Of a stretch of DNA of 57,698 nt, positions 31,032 through 40,777 are shown piece after piece. Positions within the stretch are counted from its first letter, which is position 1. The number at the start of each line of letters is the position of its first letter. Below the pieces are notes generated by a model. That model was given only the letters and a program-made list of their open reading frames with translations, ran no database searches and was not told the DNA's origin. The stretch lies in assembly GCA_034668045.1 (NCBI GenBank), contig JAXDQC010000074.1, forward strand, positions 1 through 57,698, given 5' to 3'. The stretch is from Betaproteobacteria bacterium (lineage in GTDB: Bacteria; Pseudomonadota; Gammaproteobacteria; Burkholderiales; SG8-39). The position numbers were made by a program, and so were the translations under genes.

Positions 31032-32228
31032 TTATCGCTTAGGCAATCGCGACAGCCACAGGCCGAAAAGCAGCGCGGCGAGGATGCCATGCTCGTGGTG
31101 GAAAGTGGTGTTCACCAAACCGACGCCGCAAGTGACGATCCAGGCGCTGGCCGCGCCGCCCCAGGCGAGCCAGGCCGCGTCGTCGTCAGCGGCGGCCGGC
31201 CGTTCACGGATCAGGCTCACCAGCAACGCGAGGAGCATCGCCATCGCAGGCACCAAGCCGACCAGGCCGCGCTCGGCCAGCGTATTGAAGTAGAGGCTGT
31301 GGCCGTGGCGGTAAAAAGCATAGGTCCCGGCGTCGAACGGCTCGCCGGCCTGCGTGCGCCATTCGCGCAGCTTGTCCTCGGTGATGAGCTTGAAATTGTC
31401 CACGCCCACGCCTGCCAGGGGATAGCGCTGCCATGCGTGCACCGCGGCGTGCCAGATCGCGATGCGATTCGCAAGGATGTTGCGCGCCTCGGTTAATGCC
31501 TCCTGCTTGACGAGCACTTCGGCACGAATAACGAAGCCGACGGCAACTATCGCGGCGAGCACGAGCGCCGTGGCCGGCAGCGCGGCGCGCCAGCGCCGCC
31601 GCCACGCGGCGGCGAGCGCGAGCGGCACGACGATGCCCATGCCGATCGCGCCCCGGCTTACGGTATAGATGAGCGAGCCGAAGACGGCGAGGGTGACGAT
31701 AAAGCCGCCGGTGCGCGCGAGCGGCGACCATTTCAGCCAGCGCGCGAGCACCCAGGCAACGCAGACCCCGAGGACGATCGCAATGTAGATCGCGGTGTGA
31801 TTGACGTGGCCGACCGAGTTGAGCTGCAGCCCGCCTCCCTGGCCCTTGAGGATCGCCAGGTAGGCTTGCGCGAGACCGACGACTGTCGACGCGACCAGCG
31901 CACCCAGGATCCAGCGCACCTCGCGCGCCTCGTAGCGCGAGCGCTTCACGGCCCACAGAGCGCCGCCGATGCGAACCATGTCGACGAGGCCCCGCCACTC
32001 GTCGCCGCCGCGAATGCCGGCGAAAACGGCGGCAAGCGCCGCCGAGCCGAGCCAGGCGGCGATCAAGCTGTCCCAGATGTCCCAGCGGCCACCCCAGTCC
32101 CGGCCGCGCACGCGATTGACCAGCCACACGACCAGGTAAAGGGTCAGAAAGATGCTTTTGGGCGCTTCGTAGAGCGGCAGGAAGACGCAAATCGCGAGTA
32201 GCGTGCCGATTTCGAGGCGCCGGCTCAT
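31032..32228 (-). CDS. O-antigen ligase/polymerase family (Wzy_C domain) integral membrane protein
   Basis: Start at ATG 32228 in an ATGA overlap. Polytopic, with a periplasmic-loop motif [18 protein letters not shown]. Confidence 0.75.
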   Translation of the reverse strand: MSRRLEIGTLLAICVFLPLYEAPKSIFLTLYLVVWLVNRVRGRDWGGRWDIWDSLIAAWLGSAALAAVFAGIRGGDEWRGLVDMVRIGGALWAVKRSRYEAREVRWILGALVASTVVGLAQAYLAILKGQGGGLQLNSVGHVNHTAIYIAIVLGVCVAWVLARWLKWSPLARTGGFIVTLAVFGSLIYTVSRGAIGMGIVVPLALAAAWRRRWRAALPATALVLAAIVAVGFVIRAEVLVKQEALTEARNILANRIAIWHAAVHAWQRYPLAGVGVDNFKLITEDKLREWRTQAGEPFDAGTYAFYRHGHSLYFNTLAERGLVGLVPAMAMLLALLVSLIRERPAAADDDAAWLAWGGAASAWIVTCGVGLVNTTFHHEHGILAALLFGLWLSRLPKR

Positions 32229-32782
32229 CTCTTCACCCGCAGGTGAAACCACAGGCTGTTGGCCGGAAACATGAAGCAGAAATGCTTCTCGTACTTGTGC
32301 GGCGAGAGCGCGAACAGGCCGCGCGCGACGTGCGAGAACGGGAACGACTTGCCGAAGTCGAGGCCGCGCCCGACCATGACGAAGCGCCGCGCGCTGTAGA
32401 AGTTCGAGTGCCGCGTCCCCTCGGTGAAGTACTCGAGCGAATCGTAGGCGAGGTGCCGGACGTGGGTCGGGTCCTGGTACGAGTAGAGGCTGGAGAAGTG
32501 CGGCGTGGTGACGATGACGTCGGCGCCGTCGCGGCCGACGCGGTGCACCTCCTCCATCAGCGCGACGATGTTCTGCAGGTGCTCGATCACGTTGCGCATC
32601 AGGATGACGTCGAAGGCGGCGTCGGGCAGCGGATAGGGAAAGCGGTTCAGGTCGTGCCGCACGTCGGCGTCCGCCGCGTCGGCGAAGTCGATGCCGGTCG
32701 CGCCGCGGAACTTGGCGCGGCCGCAGCCGACGTCGAGGACCTTGCGCCCCTGGCAGAGCTGCTCGATCTCAGCGGTGCGCAT
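32225..32782 (-). CDS. Small class I SAM-dependent methyltransferase
   Basis: Start at ATG 32782 (MRTAEIEQLCQGRKVLDVGCG...). Motif I VLDVGCG, and post-I/II DVILMRNVIEHL. Confidence 0.7.
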   Translation of the reverse strand: MRTAEIEQLCQGRKVLDVGCGRAKFRGATGIDFADAADADVRHDLNRFPYPLPDAAFDVILMRNVIEHLQNIVALMEEVHRVGRDGADVIVTTPHFSSLYSYQDPTHVRHLAYDSLEYFTEGTRHSNFYSARRFVMVGRGLDFGKSFPFSHVARGLFALSPHKYEKHFCFMFPANSLWFHLRVKR

Positions 32783-33845
32783 CCGCCGCTTTCCTGTAGA
32801 TGGCTTCCATGCGATCGAGCATGGTGTCGTAGCTGAAGCGCTGCGCGCAATGCCGCCGCGCCGCCGCGCCCAGGTTTTCCCGCAATCCCGCATCGTCCAG
32901 GAGGGTCCGCAGGGCCGCATGCAGGGCTTTCGGATCTTGCGGCGGAACAACCAGGGCCGTCGCCTCGTTAACGGCGAGCTCCGCCATGCTGCCGATGTTG
33001 GTCGTCACGCACGGCAGGCCGACCAGCATCGCCTGGATGAGCGCCTGCGGCACGCCCTCGTTCGCGTACGAAGGCAGCGCGAAGACGTCGAAGGCCTGCA
33101 GCCACGGCACGACGTCGCCCTGGTTGCCGGCGAAGAGAACCTTGTACTTGATTCCCATCGTCGCGACCTGCGTCTCCAGCATCGGCCGCTGCGGTCCGTC
33201 GCCGACGATGACCAGGCCCGCTTCCTGGGGCAGTGCCTCGAGGAGAAAACGGTGGCCCTTCCAGCTGCGCAGGGTAGCGACGATTCCCACCAGCTTTTTT
33301 TCCTTCGGCAGGCCGAGCTTCTGCCTCGCCGCCATCCGGTCGCCGGGCCGGAAGCGCTCGGTGTCGATGCCGGTCGGCACCGAGTCGATGCGCTCGGCGG
33401 GGAAACCGTTGCGCTCGACCAGATCTTTCTTCAGCGCTTCGCCCGCCGTGACGATGTGCGTGGTCGCGCTGGTGTAGAGCCAGGTGCTGAGCGGGTTGCG
33501 CGGCACCGGCGCGGAGATGTGGCGGGTGCGCACCATCGGGTGGGGGCGGCCGAGCGAGCGAAGCGCCAGCGCCGACAGCCACGAATCGGTGGAGCTATGC
33601 GTGCTGACGATGTCGCACTCCTGAAGCTTCCTCTTCAAGGAAACGAAACCATTCCAGCTCTTGCGCGCGATGGGCACTGCCTCGGGCCGCAGGCCCCAGT
33701 TGGGCGCCTCAACGAAGATGCGCGCCTCTGCAGGGCACAGCAGCCTGATCTCATGGCCGCGCCGCGCCAGTCCCTGCGATTCGGAGAGGATCCTGATCTC
33801 CTGCCCGCCCCAGCCGAGCGAGGATTCGGTGTGGACAATCCTCAT
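32769..33845 (-). CDS. Glycosyltransferase family 4 (GT-B)
   Basis: Start at ATG 33845 in an ATGA overlap with the msbA stop. MRIVHTESSLGWGGQEIR... and an EX7E-like region PSYANEGVPQALIQAM. Confidence 0.8.
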   Translation of the reverse strand: MRIVHTESSLGWGGQEIRILSESQGLARRGHEIRLLCPAEARIFVEAPNWGLRPEAVPIARKSWNGFVSLKRKLQECDIVSTHSSTDSWLSALALRSLGRPHPMVRTRHISAPVPRNPLSTWLYTSATTHIVTAGEALKKDLVERNGFPAERIDSVPTGIDTERFRPGDRMAARQKLGLPKEKKLVGIVATLRSWKGHRFLLEALPQEAGLVIVGDGPQRPMLETQVATMGIKYKVLFAGNQGDVVPWLQAFDVFALPSYANEGVPQALIQAMLVGLPCVTTNIGSMAELAVNEATALVVPPQDPKALHAALRTLLDDAGLRENLGAAARRHCAQRFSYDTMLDRMEAIYRKAADAHR

Positions 33846-35620
33846 GCCGCCGCGCGGCCATTGGCCTCGCGCGTGTGCTCGGCGGCGTACTGGGTGCGGT
33901 ACAGGCGGGCGTAGACGCCGTCGGCGGCGAGCAGCTCGGCGTGGCGGCCGAGCTCGACGACGCGGCCGCGGTCGAGCACCGCGATGCGGTCGGCGCGCTC
34001 GATGGTGGAGAGGCGATGGGCGATCACCACCGTGGTCCGGCCGCGCATCAGCACTTCCAGCGCCGCCTGCACGGCGCGCTCCGATTCCGAGTCGAGCGCG
34101 GAGGTCGCCTCGTCGAGGACCAGCACCGGCGCGTTCTTCAGCAGCGCGCGCGCGATCGCCAGGCGCTGGCGCTGGCCGCCGGAGAGACGCAGCCCGTTCT
34201 CGCCGATCAGCGTGTTCAGCCCCTCGGGCGTCTCGCGGATGAACTCCATGGCGTGCGCTGCGGCAGCCGCGGCGATCACGTCTTTCTCCGCCGCGCCGCC
34301 CATGCGGCCGTAGGCGATGTTGGCGAAGATCGAGTCGTTGAAGAGCACGACCTCCTGGCTGACGAGAGCCACGTTGGCGCGCAGGCTCTCGAGCGTCAGC
34401 GCCTGCAGGTCGTGGCCGTCGAGCAGGATGCGGCCGCCGTCGGGCGCGTAGAAGCGCGGCAGCATGTTGGCGAGCGTGGTCTTGCCGCCGCCCGAGGGTC
34501 CGACCAGCGCCAGCGTTTCGCCGGGGCGGATGTGCAGGTCGATGCCGTCGAGCGCCGGGTCCTTGCGCGTCGCGTAAGTGAAGCCGACGCGCTCGAAAGC
34601 GAGCTCGCCGCGCGCCCTCCCCAGGTTCACCGTGCCGGTGTCCGGCTCGACCGGGGCGTCGATCAGCTCGAACACGCTCTCGGCGGCGGCGAGGCCGCGC
34701 TGCAGCGGCGTGTTGACCTCGGTGAGATGCTTGATCGGCGCGAGCAGCATCAGCATGGCGGTGAGGAAGGAGGCGAACTCGCCGATGCTGGTGCGGGCGG
34801 CGAGCGATTCCTGCAACGCGATGTAGACGATCACCGAGAGCGCCACCGCCGCCAGCATGTGGGTGATCGGCGTGGTGAGCGCGGCGGCGGTGCCGGCGCG
34901 CATGTTGAAGCCGCGCAGCGCCTGCGCGCCGCGGCGGAAGCGGCCGGCCTCGTAGTCCTGGCCGCCGAACACCTTCACCACCTTGTGGCAGTCGATCGCC
35001 TCCTGCAGCACGCCGACCAGGTCGCCGAGCTGTCGCTGCGACTCGCGCGACATGCTGCGCAGCCGCTTGGCGATCAGGCGCACCGTCAGGCCCACCGGCG
35101 GCAGGATCAGGAACGCGATCATGGTCAGCTTCCAGTTGAGATACAGCAGCCAGGCGAGCAGGCCGAGGATGGCGATCGAATCCTTGACCACGACGGTGAG
35201 CACCGTCGTCGCCGCGGCCGTGACGTTGGCGACGTCGTAGGCAACCTTGGAGAGCAGCGCGCCCGAGGTGTGGTCGTCGAAGTAGCGCGCGGGGAAGCGC
35301 AGCAGGCGCGAGAACATCGCCGTGCGCAGGTCGAGCACGACGCGCTGCGCCACCCAGTTCATCGCGTACGAAGAGGTGAACGTCAGCATGCCGCGCACGG
35401 CGATCACGCCGACGATGGCGCCGGCGAACGCGAGCGGCGGCCAGGTCGGGCCCGTGGGCGCGAAGCCGGCGTCGAGCAGCGGCTTGAGCAGCGCCGGAAA
35501 GAGCGGCTCGGTCGCCGCCGCGGCGATCATGCCCAGCACCGCCAGGCCGAAGACCTTCCAGTACGGCCGCGTATAGGAGAGCAGCCGCGTGTAGAGCTCG
35601 CGCGAGCTCGGCGGCGTCAT
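33842..35620 (-). CDS. msbA: Lipid A export ABC transporter permease/ATPase
   Basis: 592 aa. Six-TM N-terminal domain, Walker A GPSGGGKTT, signature LSGGQRQR, Walker B VLVLDEATS. Confidence 0.88.
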   Translation of the reverse strand: MTPPSSRELYTRLLSYTRPYWKVFGLAVLGMIAAAATEPLFPALLKPLLDAGFAPTGPTWPPLAFAGAIVGVIAVRGMLTFTSSYAMNWVAQRVVLDLRTAMFSRLLRFPARYFDDHTSGALLSKVAYDVANVTAAATTVLTVVVKDSIAILGLLAWLLYLNWKLTMIAFLILPPVGLTVRLIAKRLRSMSRESQRQLGDLVGVLQEAIDCHKVVKVFGGQDYEAGRFRRGAQALRGFNMRAGTAAALTTPITHMLAAVALSVIVYIALQESLAARTSIGEFASFLTAMLMLLAPIKHLTEVNTPLQRGLAAAESVFELIDAPVEPDTGTVNLGRARGELAFERVGFTYATRKDPALDGIDLHIRPGETLALVGPSGGGKTTLANMLPRFYAPDGGRILLDGHDLQALTLESLRANVALVSQEVVLFNDSIFANIAYGRMGGAAEKDVIAAAAAAHAMEFIRETPEGLNTLIGENGLRLSGGQRQRLAIARALLKNAPVLVLDEATSALDSESERAVQAALEVLMRGRTTVVIAHRLSTIERADRIAVLDRGRVVELGRHAELLAADGVYARLYRTQYAAEHTREANGRAAA

Positions 35621-36741
35621 GCACGCCCCGCGGCGAGCGTGCCGTAGAGATCGGCCAGGCGTCCCGCCATGCCGTCGATGCCGAAGCGCTCGGCGGTCGC
35701 GCGCGCCGCTTGCGCGGGCCGGGGGGTGCGCACCGCCTGGTCGGCAGCCTGCATCAGGCGCGACAGGTTCGCGGCGTCGTCGGGCTCGCAGATCCAGCCG
35801 TTGACACCCGTCTCGACGATCTCGGCGGCGCCGCAGCGCGAGCTGACGATCGCCGGCAGGCCCATGGCGAAGGCTTCGAGTACGGTGTTGGGAAACGGGT
35901 CATAGCGCGTCGGCAGCACGAGGCAGTCGGCCGCAGCATACAGGGGACGCACGTCCTCCCGCCCGCCGAGAAAGACGACCCGATTGGATTTCCCGGCGAG
36001 GTTCCGGTAGCGCGCTTCGTCCCGGTCCGTGCCCACGACCACGAGCCAGAACGACTCGTTGTTCGCCTGCGCGAGCGCGGCGATGGCCGCCTCGAGGCCT
36101 TTGCGCGCGAAGCCCGAGCCGACAAAGAGAAAGAGCGTATCGCGCGGCCGGCAGCCGAGCTCTGCGCGGGTCTTGCCCCGCAGCGCCTCGCCGAGGCGCG
36201 GATGAAAGTGCTCCAGGTCGACGCCGCTGTAGATGACGTGCAGTTTTTCCGGCGCGACGCGGAACGCGCGCTGGATCTCGTCGCGCACCATGCGCGAGTT
36301 GCAGATCACGGCGCGCAGCCGCGGGTGCTCGAACATGCGCCGCTCGGCGCCGCAGACATAGCGGTGATACGGATTGAGGGCGATCGCGAGCCGCTCGACC
36401 AGCCCGGCCGCGGCGCGGCGCAGCTCGAGCCAGCGCCGGTGCACGCCGTCGCCGGCGCGGTAGAGGTCGCAGCCGGGAATACGCTCGTGCGACTGCACCA
36501 CATCGAAGCCCAGGCGCCGCCACGCCGCGCGCGCGGCGCGCGCGAAGGCCCAGTCGCGCCACAGGCTGCCGAGGTAGAAGGGATCGACGCGCTCCACCTG
36601 CCGAGCGCCCCAGCCCTCGGCGCTGCGCGAGATGAGCGTCACGTCGGCGCCGCCGCGCTCGAGCGCCGGAAGCGCGCGCGCCACGAAGCGCTCGGCGCCG
36701 CCGTACGGGTTGTAGCGCTGCCGCACGATGGCAATCTTCAT
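35617..36741 (-). CDS. Glycosyltransferase family 4, LPS-core WaaG-like
   Basis: Start at ATG 36741 in an ATGA overlap. MKIAIVRQRYNPYGGAERF... and PTRYDPFPNTVLEAFAMGLP. Confidence 0.8.
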   Translation of the reverse strand: MKIAIVRQRYNPYGGAERFVARALPALERGGADVTLISRSAEGWGARQVERVDPFYLGSLWRDWAFARAARAAWRRLGFDVVQSHERIPGCDLYRAGDGVHRRWLELRRAAAGLVERLAIALNPYHRYVCGAERRMFEHPRLRAVICNSRMVRDEIQRAFRVAPEKLHVIYSGVDLEHFHPRLGEALRGKTRAELGCRPRDTLFLFVGSGFARKGLEAAIAALAQANNESFWLVVVGTDRDEARYRNLAGKSNRVVFLGGREDVRPLYAAADCLVLPTRYDPFPNTVLEAFAMGLPAIVSSRCGAAEIVETGVNGWICEPDDAANLSRLMQAADQAVRTPRPAQAARATAERFGIDGMAGRLADLYGTLAAGRA

Positions 36742-37787
36742 CCGCCGAGCAGCTCGCGCGCGGCGGCGTGCACCGGCTCGACGCCGAGCAGCGTCAGGCA
36801 TTCGCTCACCTTGCCGCCGCCGCAGCCGTCGACGCCGCACGGCCGGCAGCTGTGCGTCGTCGTCACCACCCGCTGCTCGACGTTCCAGGGTCCCCACGCC
36901 ACTTCGCTGCTCGGCCCGAACAGCGCCAGCGTCGGCACCCCCATGGCGGCGGCGAGATGCATCGGCATCGAGTCGACGCCGATGAAAAGCCTGGCGCGCG
37001 CGGTCAATGCGCCCAGCTCCTTGAGCGAGAGCTTGCCGGCGAGGTTCACCGCTTGCGACTTCATCTTCGCCAGAATCTCGTCGATGAACCTGGTCTCGTC
37101 GGGCGCCGAAGTCATGACGATGCGATGGCCTTCTTCCGCCAGCTTGTCGGCGAGCGCGGCGTTGCGCTCCGCCGGCCAGCACTTGAAGCGCCATCGGGAC
37201 GCCGGGTGCATGTGCACGAACGGCTCGCTCATGAGCTCGCGCGCCCTCGCTTCGGCGGCCGCGCCGGGCATGAATACCACCTTGCGCTCGCCGGTTCCCG
37301 GCTGCACGCCGATGCGCCGCAGCGCATCGAGATTGACCTCGACGAGGTGGCGGTTGCGCACCAGCGGATAGCGGTGCGTGAAGCTGTTGTCCCACAGGCG
37401 GCCGCGGCCGGGGTCGATCGGCCCGACGCTGAAGCGCGCGCCGAGCGTGCGCGCTAGCCAGGCGCCGCGCGGCTGCTCCGACAGGTGCACGAGCAGGTCG
37501 TAGCGCCTGGCGCGCAGCGCGCCGAACAGGTCCTTTTCATGCCGCAGCCGCTCGAGCGCGCCCAGCGACCGCCAGCGGCGGCCGACGGTATGCAGTTGGG
37601 CGAGCGCCGGGTGGCCTGCCAGCATCGGCGCGGTATCGTCGTAGACCAGCGCGTCGACCTCGATTGCCGGCGCGTGCGCCTTGAGCACGCTCAGCACCGG
37701 CGCGGCGAGCAGCACGTCGCCGTGATGACGCAGCTTCACCACCAGCGCGCGCCCGCATTCCCCCAGCGGGACGGCGTCCTTCACCAT
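36738..37787 (-). CDS. GT9 lipopolysaccharide heptosyltransferase (heptosyltransferase III-like)
   Basis: 349 aa. ALVVKLRHHGDVLLAAPV, GVDSMPMHLAAAMGVPTLALFGPS, and a C-terminal CRPCGVDGCGG. Confidence 0.8.
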   Translation of the reverse strand: MVKDAVPLGECGRALVVKLRHHGDVLLAAPVLSVLKAHAPAIEVDALVYDDTAPMLAGHPALAQLHTVGRRWRSLGALERLRHEKDLFGALRARRYDLLVHLSEQPRGAWLARTLGARFSVGPIDPGRGRLWDNSFTHRYPLVRNRHLVEVNLDALRRIGVQPGTGERKVVFMPGAAAEARARELMSEPFVHMHPASRWRFKCWPAERNAALADKLAEEGHRIVMTSAPDETRFIDEILAKMKSQAVNLAGKLSLKELGALTARARLFIGVDSMPMHLAAAMGVPTLALFGPSSEVAWGPWNVEQRVVTTTHSCRPCGVDGCGGGKVSECLTLLGVEPVHAAARELLGG

Positions 37788-37801
37788 CCCGCGAGGTTAC
37801 C

Positions 37802-39766
37802 TCAATCCAGCCGGTACCCCACCGAGGCGTAGGCGGCGATTCCGGCGACCGGCAGCGCGCTGAAGGTATCCGGGCCGGTCGCCGTGCCGTAGCTGAAGTA
37901 CTTCCGGTTGAAGAGGTTGCGCACCTCGAAGGCGAGCTCCCAGCGCGCGAGCCGCTGCTCGAGCTTCAGATCGGCGACGGTATAGCTCGGCTGCTGGCGC
38001 GGCGCGGTGTTCGCCTGGTCGTTGTCGAAGCGCTGGCGGCCGACATAGCGCAGGTTGAAATTGAAGCGGCTGCGCGCGGCGAACAGCCAGGAGACGCCCG
38101 CCGTCGCGATTCGCTCCGGCACGAGCGGCACCTTCTTGCCGGTGACATCGACACCGCCATAGACGCCCTCGCGAAAGCGAGCGTCCATCCATGCCGCGGC
38201 GGCGCGCAGGTCGAGCGTCTGCGTGGCGCGCCAGCTCGTCTCGAGCTCGAGGCCGCGGCGCCGCGTCGGCTGCAGGTTGACGTTGGAGAAAGTGAGCGGG
38301 CTGAAGTAGATCTCGTTCTCGAGGTCGGTCTGGTAGACGCTGACGCGGCCGCGCGCGCCGCTGCGCTCCACCTCGAGCCCGGCCTCGGTGGTTTTCGCGG
38401 TCTGCGGCAAGAGGAGGTCCGGGTTGCAGGGCGGAAAGAAGCAGGCGTTCTCGTCGAAGTTGGCGAGGCGGAAGCTGGTGCCGTACTTCGCGTAGGTCGA
38501 AAAGCCGCCGCCGAGAGCCTGCCGCAGCGCCGCTTCCCAGGCTCTGAGCGTGTCGCTGCGGCCGCGCTTGTCGACCGGGAAGACCTTTTCCTCGAGGTTC
38601 TGATCGACGAGCTGCAGCCGGCCGCCAAGGACGATGCGCGTCGTCTCGGTCGCCCAGAGGCTCGCCTGCGCGTACCCGGCGCTCGAATCCTGCGTGCCGA
38701 CGCGGCGCGAGAACGGGGTGCTGACGGTCGAGGGGCTGGACGCGCTGCGGGTTTCGTATTCCCATCCCTCGAATTCTGCGCCGACGATCAGCTCGTGCTT
38801 GCGCCCGAAGGCGGGCAGCGCGAACTTGGCGCGGGGCGAGAAATTCCAGACTTCTGCGTCGGTATCGGTGAAGAAGCCGCCAAAGAGCGCGAAAAAGGCC
38901 TGCGTGCTCTTCTGGCGATAGCCAAGGTCCGCCGCCAGCTCGTGCCCGCCGAGGGCCTGGCTGCCGCCGAGAATGACATGCGCGCCATCGCGCCTGCTCC
39001 AGTCGTCCGGCGTACGGGTCTGCCGCGGATCGTCCTTGATCTGCTGCTCGGTGAGCGAGCCGGGCAAGCGCTGGCTCTGCTGGTCGGCGCCGAGCTTCAG
39101 ATAGGCGCGGTTCGAAGTGCCGGTCGCCTCGAGGCGGCCGCCGAAGCTCGTCTGGCGGTAGGCGCCGTTGCGGCGGTAGCCGTCGGTGTCTTCGGTCGAT
39201 AGCGCGAATCCCGCACCGAAGGTGTCGCCCGCGGTATCGCCGCTGACGCGCGCCTCCTTGCTCCGGAAGCTGCCGTAGCGGCCAAGCGCCCGGCCGCGCG
39301 TCTCGCCCGCCTTCGGACGCCGGGTGATGATGTTGATCGTCCCCGCCGTCGCGTTCGCGCCGTACAGAACCGAGCCGCTGCCGCGCACGATCTCGATGCG
39401 CTCGATCGAGTCGAGCGGCACGGCGCTGAGCTGCGCCGAGACGACCTCATTCTCGGAGATGCGCAGCCCGTCGATCATGATCAGGGTGTTCTGGTCGCCG
39501 GTGATGCCAAAGCCGCGCAGGTCGACCTGTGGATTCTGCGTGCCGGCGAGATCGCGAATCTGCAGCAGGCCGTACTGGGCAAGGATGTCGCCGAGGTTGG
39601 AAGAAGCGCTGCGCTGGATGTCCTCGGCCGTGATCACCGTGACACCGACCGGCAGATCGCGCTTCGAGTCGGCAAAGCGGGTGGCGGTGATGACGACCGA
39701 GTCGTCCTGAGCAAAAGCAACGGAAAAAGCGAGTCCGGCCAGAAGGCCGAGTGCGGCGGTACGCAT
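37802..39766 (-). CDS. TonB-dependent outer-membrane receptor, BtuB-like (cobalamin riboswitch-controlled)
   Basis: 654 aa. Signal peptide, TonB box DDSVVITATR, and plug motifs (IEIVRGSGSVLYG). A cobalamin riboswitch lies immediately upstream. Confidence 0.85.
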   Translation of the reverse strand: MRTAALGLLAGLAFSVAFAQDDSVVITATRFADSKRDLPVGVTVITAEDIQRSASSNLGDILAQYGLLQIRDLAGTQNPQVDLRGFGITGDQNTLIMIDGLRISENEVVSAQLSAVPLDSIERIEIVRGSGSVLYGANATAGTINIITRRPKAGETRGRALGRYGSFRSKEARVSGDTAGDTFGAGFALSTEDTDGYRRNGAYRQTSFGGRLEATGTSNRAYLKLGADQQSQRLPGSLTEQQIKDDPRQTRTPDDWSRRDGAHVILGGSQALGGHELAADLGYRQKSTQAFFALFGGFFTDTDAEVWNFSPRAKFALPAFGRKHELIVGAEFEGWEYETRSASSPSTVSTPFSRRVGTQDSSAGYAQASLWATETTRIVLGGRLQLVDQNLEEKVFPVDKRGRSDTLRAWEAALRQALGGGFSTYAKYGTSFRLANFDENACFFPPCNPDLLLPQTAKTTEAGLEVERSGARGRVSVYQTDLENEIYFSPLTFSNVNLQPTRRRGLELETSWRATQTLDLRAAAAWMDARFREGVYGGVDVTGKKVPLVPERIATAGVSWLFAARSRFNFNLRYVGRQRFDNDQANTAPRQQPSYTVADLKLEQRLARWELAFEVRNLFNRKYFSYGTATGPDTFSALPVAGIAAYASVGYRLD

Positions 39767-39780
39767 GGAATTACCTTCCT

Positions 39781-39958
39781 GGCGTCATCCCCGACGCCTG
39801 TTGGTTGAGAAGGCTTTCCAGGCCGGTCTCCGGACTCGCGAGGTATGACGCCTCGACCTTCCAGCGATGCCTTGCCGTGGTCGTAACTCCGAGGCGCCTC
39901 TCTCGCTCACCGTTGCGGGGGCAGTCCAGGCTTCGCACCTGATTCCCGTACACCTAGT
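39781..39958 (-). promoter_or_regulatory. Cobalamin (B12) riboswitch in the 5' leader of the TonB-dependent receptor
   Basis: The minus-strand leader reads ...GGTGTACGGGAATCAGGTGCGAAGCCTGGACTGCCCCCGCAACGGTGAGCG...GACCACGGCAAG...AGTCCGGAGACCGGCC(B12 box)...GGCGTCGGGGATGACGCC-AGGAAGG-N7-ATG. The core and B12-box strings match my memory of the consensus. Confidence 0.82.
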
Positions 39959-40049
39959 AAGCGGAGCCTATGATAAGGCATGAGGGAATACATGCAAAAA
40001 CGCGGCTTACTGCTTGACCTAGCATGAATTTTGGATGATAGTTCCGCCG

Positions 40050-40244
40050 ATGGACACGGAGCTGAACTCCCTCGAAGCCAAGGTCGCGCAGTTCGTCACC
40101 CTGTGCGAGCGGCTACGCGCGGAAAATTCGTCGCTTCGCCAGCAGCTCACCGTCGCGCAAAACGACGCCAAGCGGCTGAACGAGAAAATCGACGGTGCGA
40201 AGTCGCGTCTTGAAGGCTTGCTCAATCGACTCCCGGCCGGCTGA
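40050..40244 (+). CDS. Small coiled-coil protein of the type found upstream of zapA in proteobacteria (TIGR02449/ZapB-like)
   Basis: MDTELNSLEAKVAQFVTLCERLRAENSSLRQQL...; heptad-like. I prefer the internal ATG at 40050 over the track start at 40035. Confidence 0.6.
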   Translation: MDTELNSLEAKVAQFVTLCERLRAENSSLRQQLTVAQNDAKRLNEKIDGAKSRLEGLLNRLPAG

Positions 40245-40248
40245 GCGC

Positions 40249-40557
40249 GTGGCCGAAGTCAAGACTGTCGAAGTCAACCTGCTGGGCCGGACCTATCGCG
40301 TCGCCTGCGGTGACGAGGAGCGCGAAGCGCTGATGCAGGCGGTCGCCTACCTCGACGCGAAGATGAACGAGATCCGCAAGGCCGGCAAAGTGATGGGCGC
40401 GGAGCGAATCGCCGTCATGGCGGCGCTCAACGTGGCGCACGAATTGCTTAGCGTCAGGCTTGGCTCGGGCTTCGACCTCGGCCAGGCGAAGCGCCGCCTG
40501 TCGGCGCTCGAGTCGCAGCTCGACGCGGCGATTGCGAAGCAGGAGAAGTTGTTTTAA
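40249..40557 (+). CDS. zapA: Cell division protein ZapA
   Basis: GTG start at 40249, 5 nt after the upstream stop. VAEVKTVEVNLLGRTYRVACGDEEREALMQAVAYLDAKMNEIR... Confidence 0.8.
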   Translation: MAEVKTVEVNLLGRTYRVACGDEEREALMQAVAYLDAKMNEIRKAGKVMGAERIAVMAALNVAHELLSVRLGSGFDLGQAKRRLSALESQLDAAIAKQEKLF

Positions 40558-40564
40558 AAAGAAC

Positions 40565-40757
40565 CTAAGTCCCTGCTGTGAGCGACCGGGCTCATATTTT
40601 CCGAACCGATAGCTTCCCCAGGTTGCGGCCTAGCGTCACTGTTGTGATCGTCCCACGCCTCGCGTGACTGGATGAACCTGATGTGACCGGAAAGCGACCA
40701 CCCTGTTTAGCCAGGGTTCGGGAGCCGAGCCCACCGCCATAAGCGGGGACCCTTTCC
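40565..40757 (+). ncRNA. ssrS: 6S RNA (SsrS); ends approximate
   Basis: Classic position right after zapA. The 5' arm AAGTCCCTGCTGTG..GGGCTC pairs with the 3' arm GAGCCC..CATAAGCGGGGAC. Internal strings GGGCTCATATTTTCCGAACC and CACCCTGTTTAGCCAGGGTTCGGGAGCCGAGCC resemble E. coli 6S (GAGCCGAUAUUUCAUACC and CACCUUGAACCAAGGGUUCAAGGGUUACAGCC). Confidence 0.75.
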
Positions 40758-40777
40758 CTCCGGTATAAGACCAGCCT

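Noticed and set aside
32769-35624. A 951-aa ORF that looks like a giant fusion protein.
   Set aside because: Its upstream two-thirds is a shadow frame over msbA (33842-35620, a different frame). The real GT4 gene starts at the ATG at 33845.
40013-40041. TTGACC-N17-GATAGT as the promoter for the ZapB-like/zapA/ssrS unit.
   Set aside because: The -10 element would end only 8 nt before the preferred ATG (40050) and would overlap the alternative ATG (40035). It is not convincing without TSS data.
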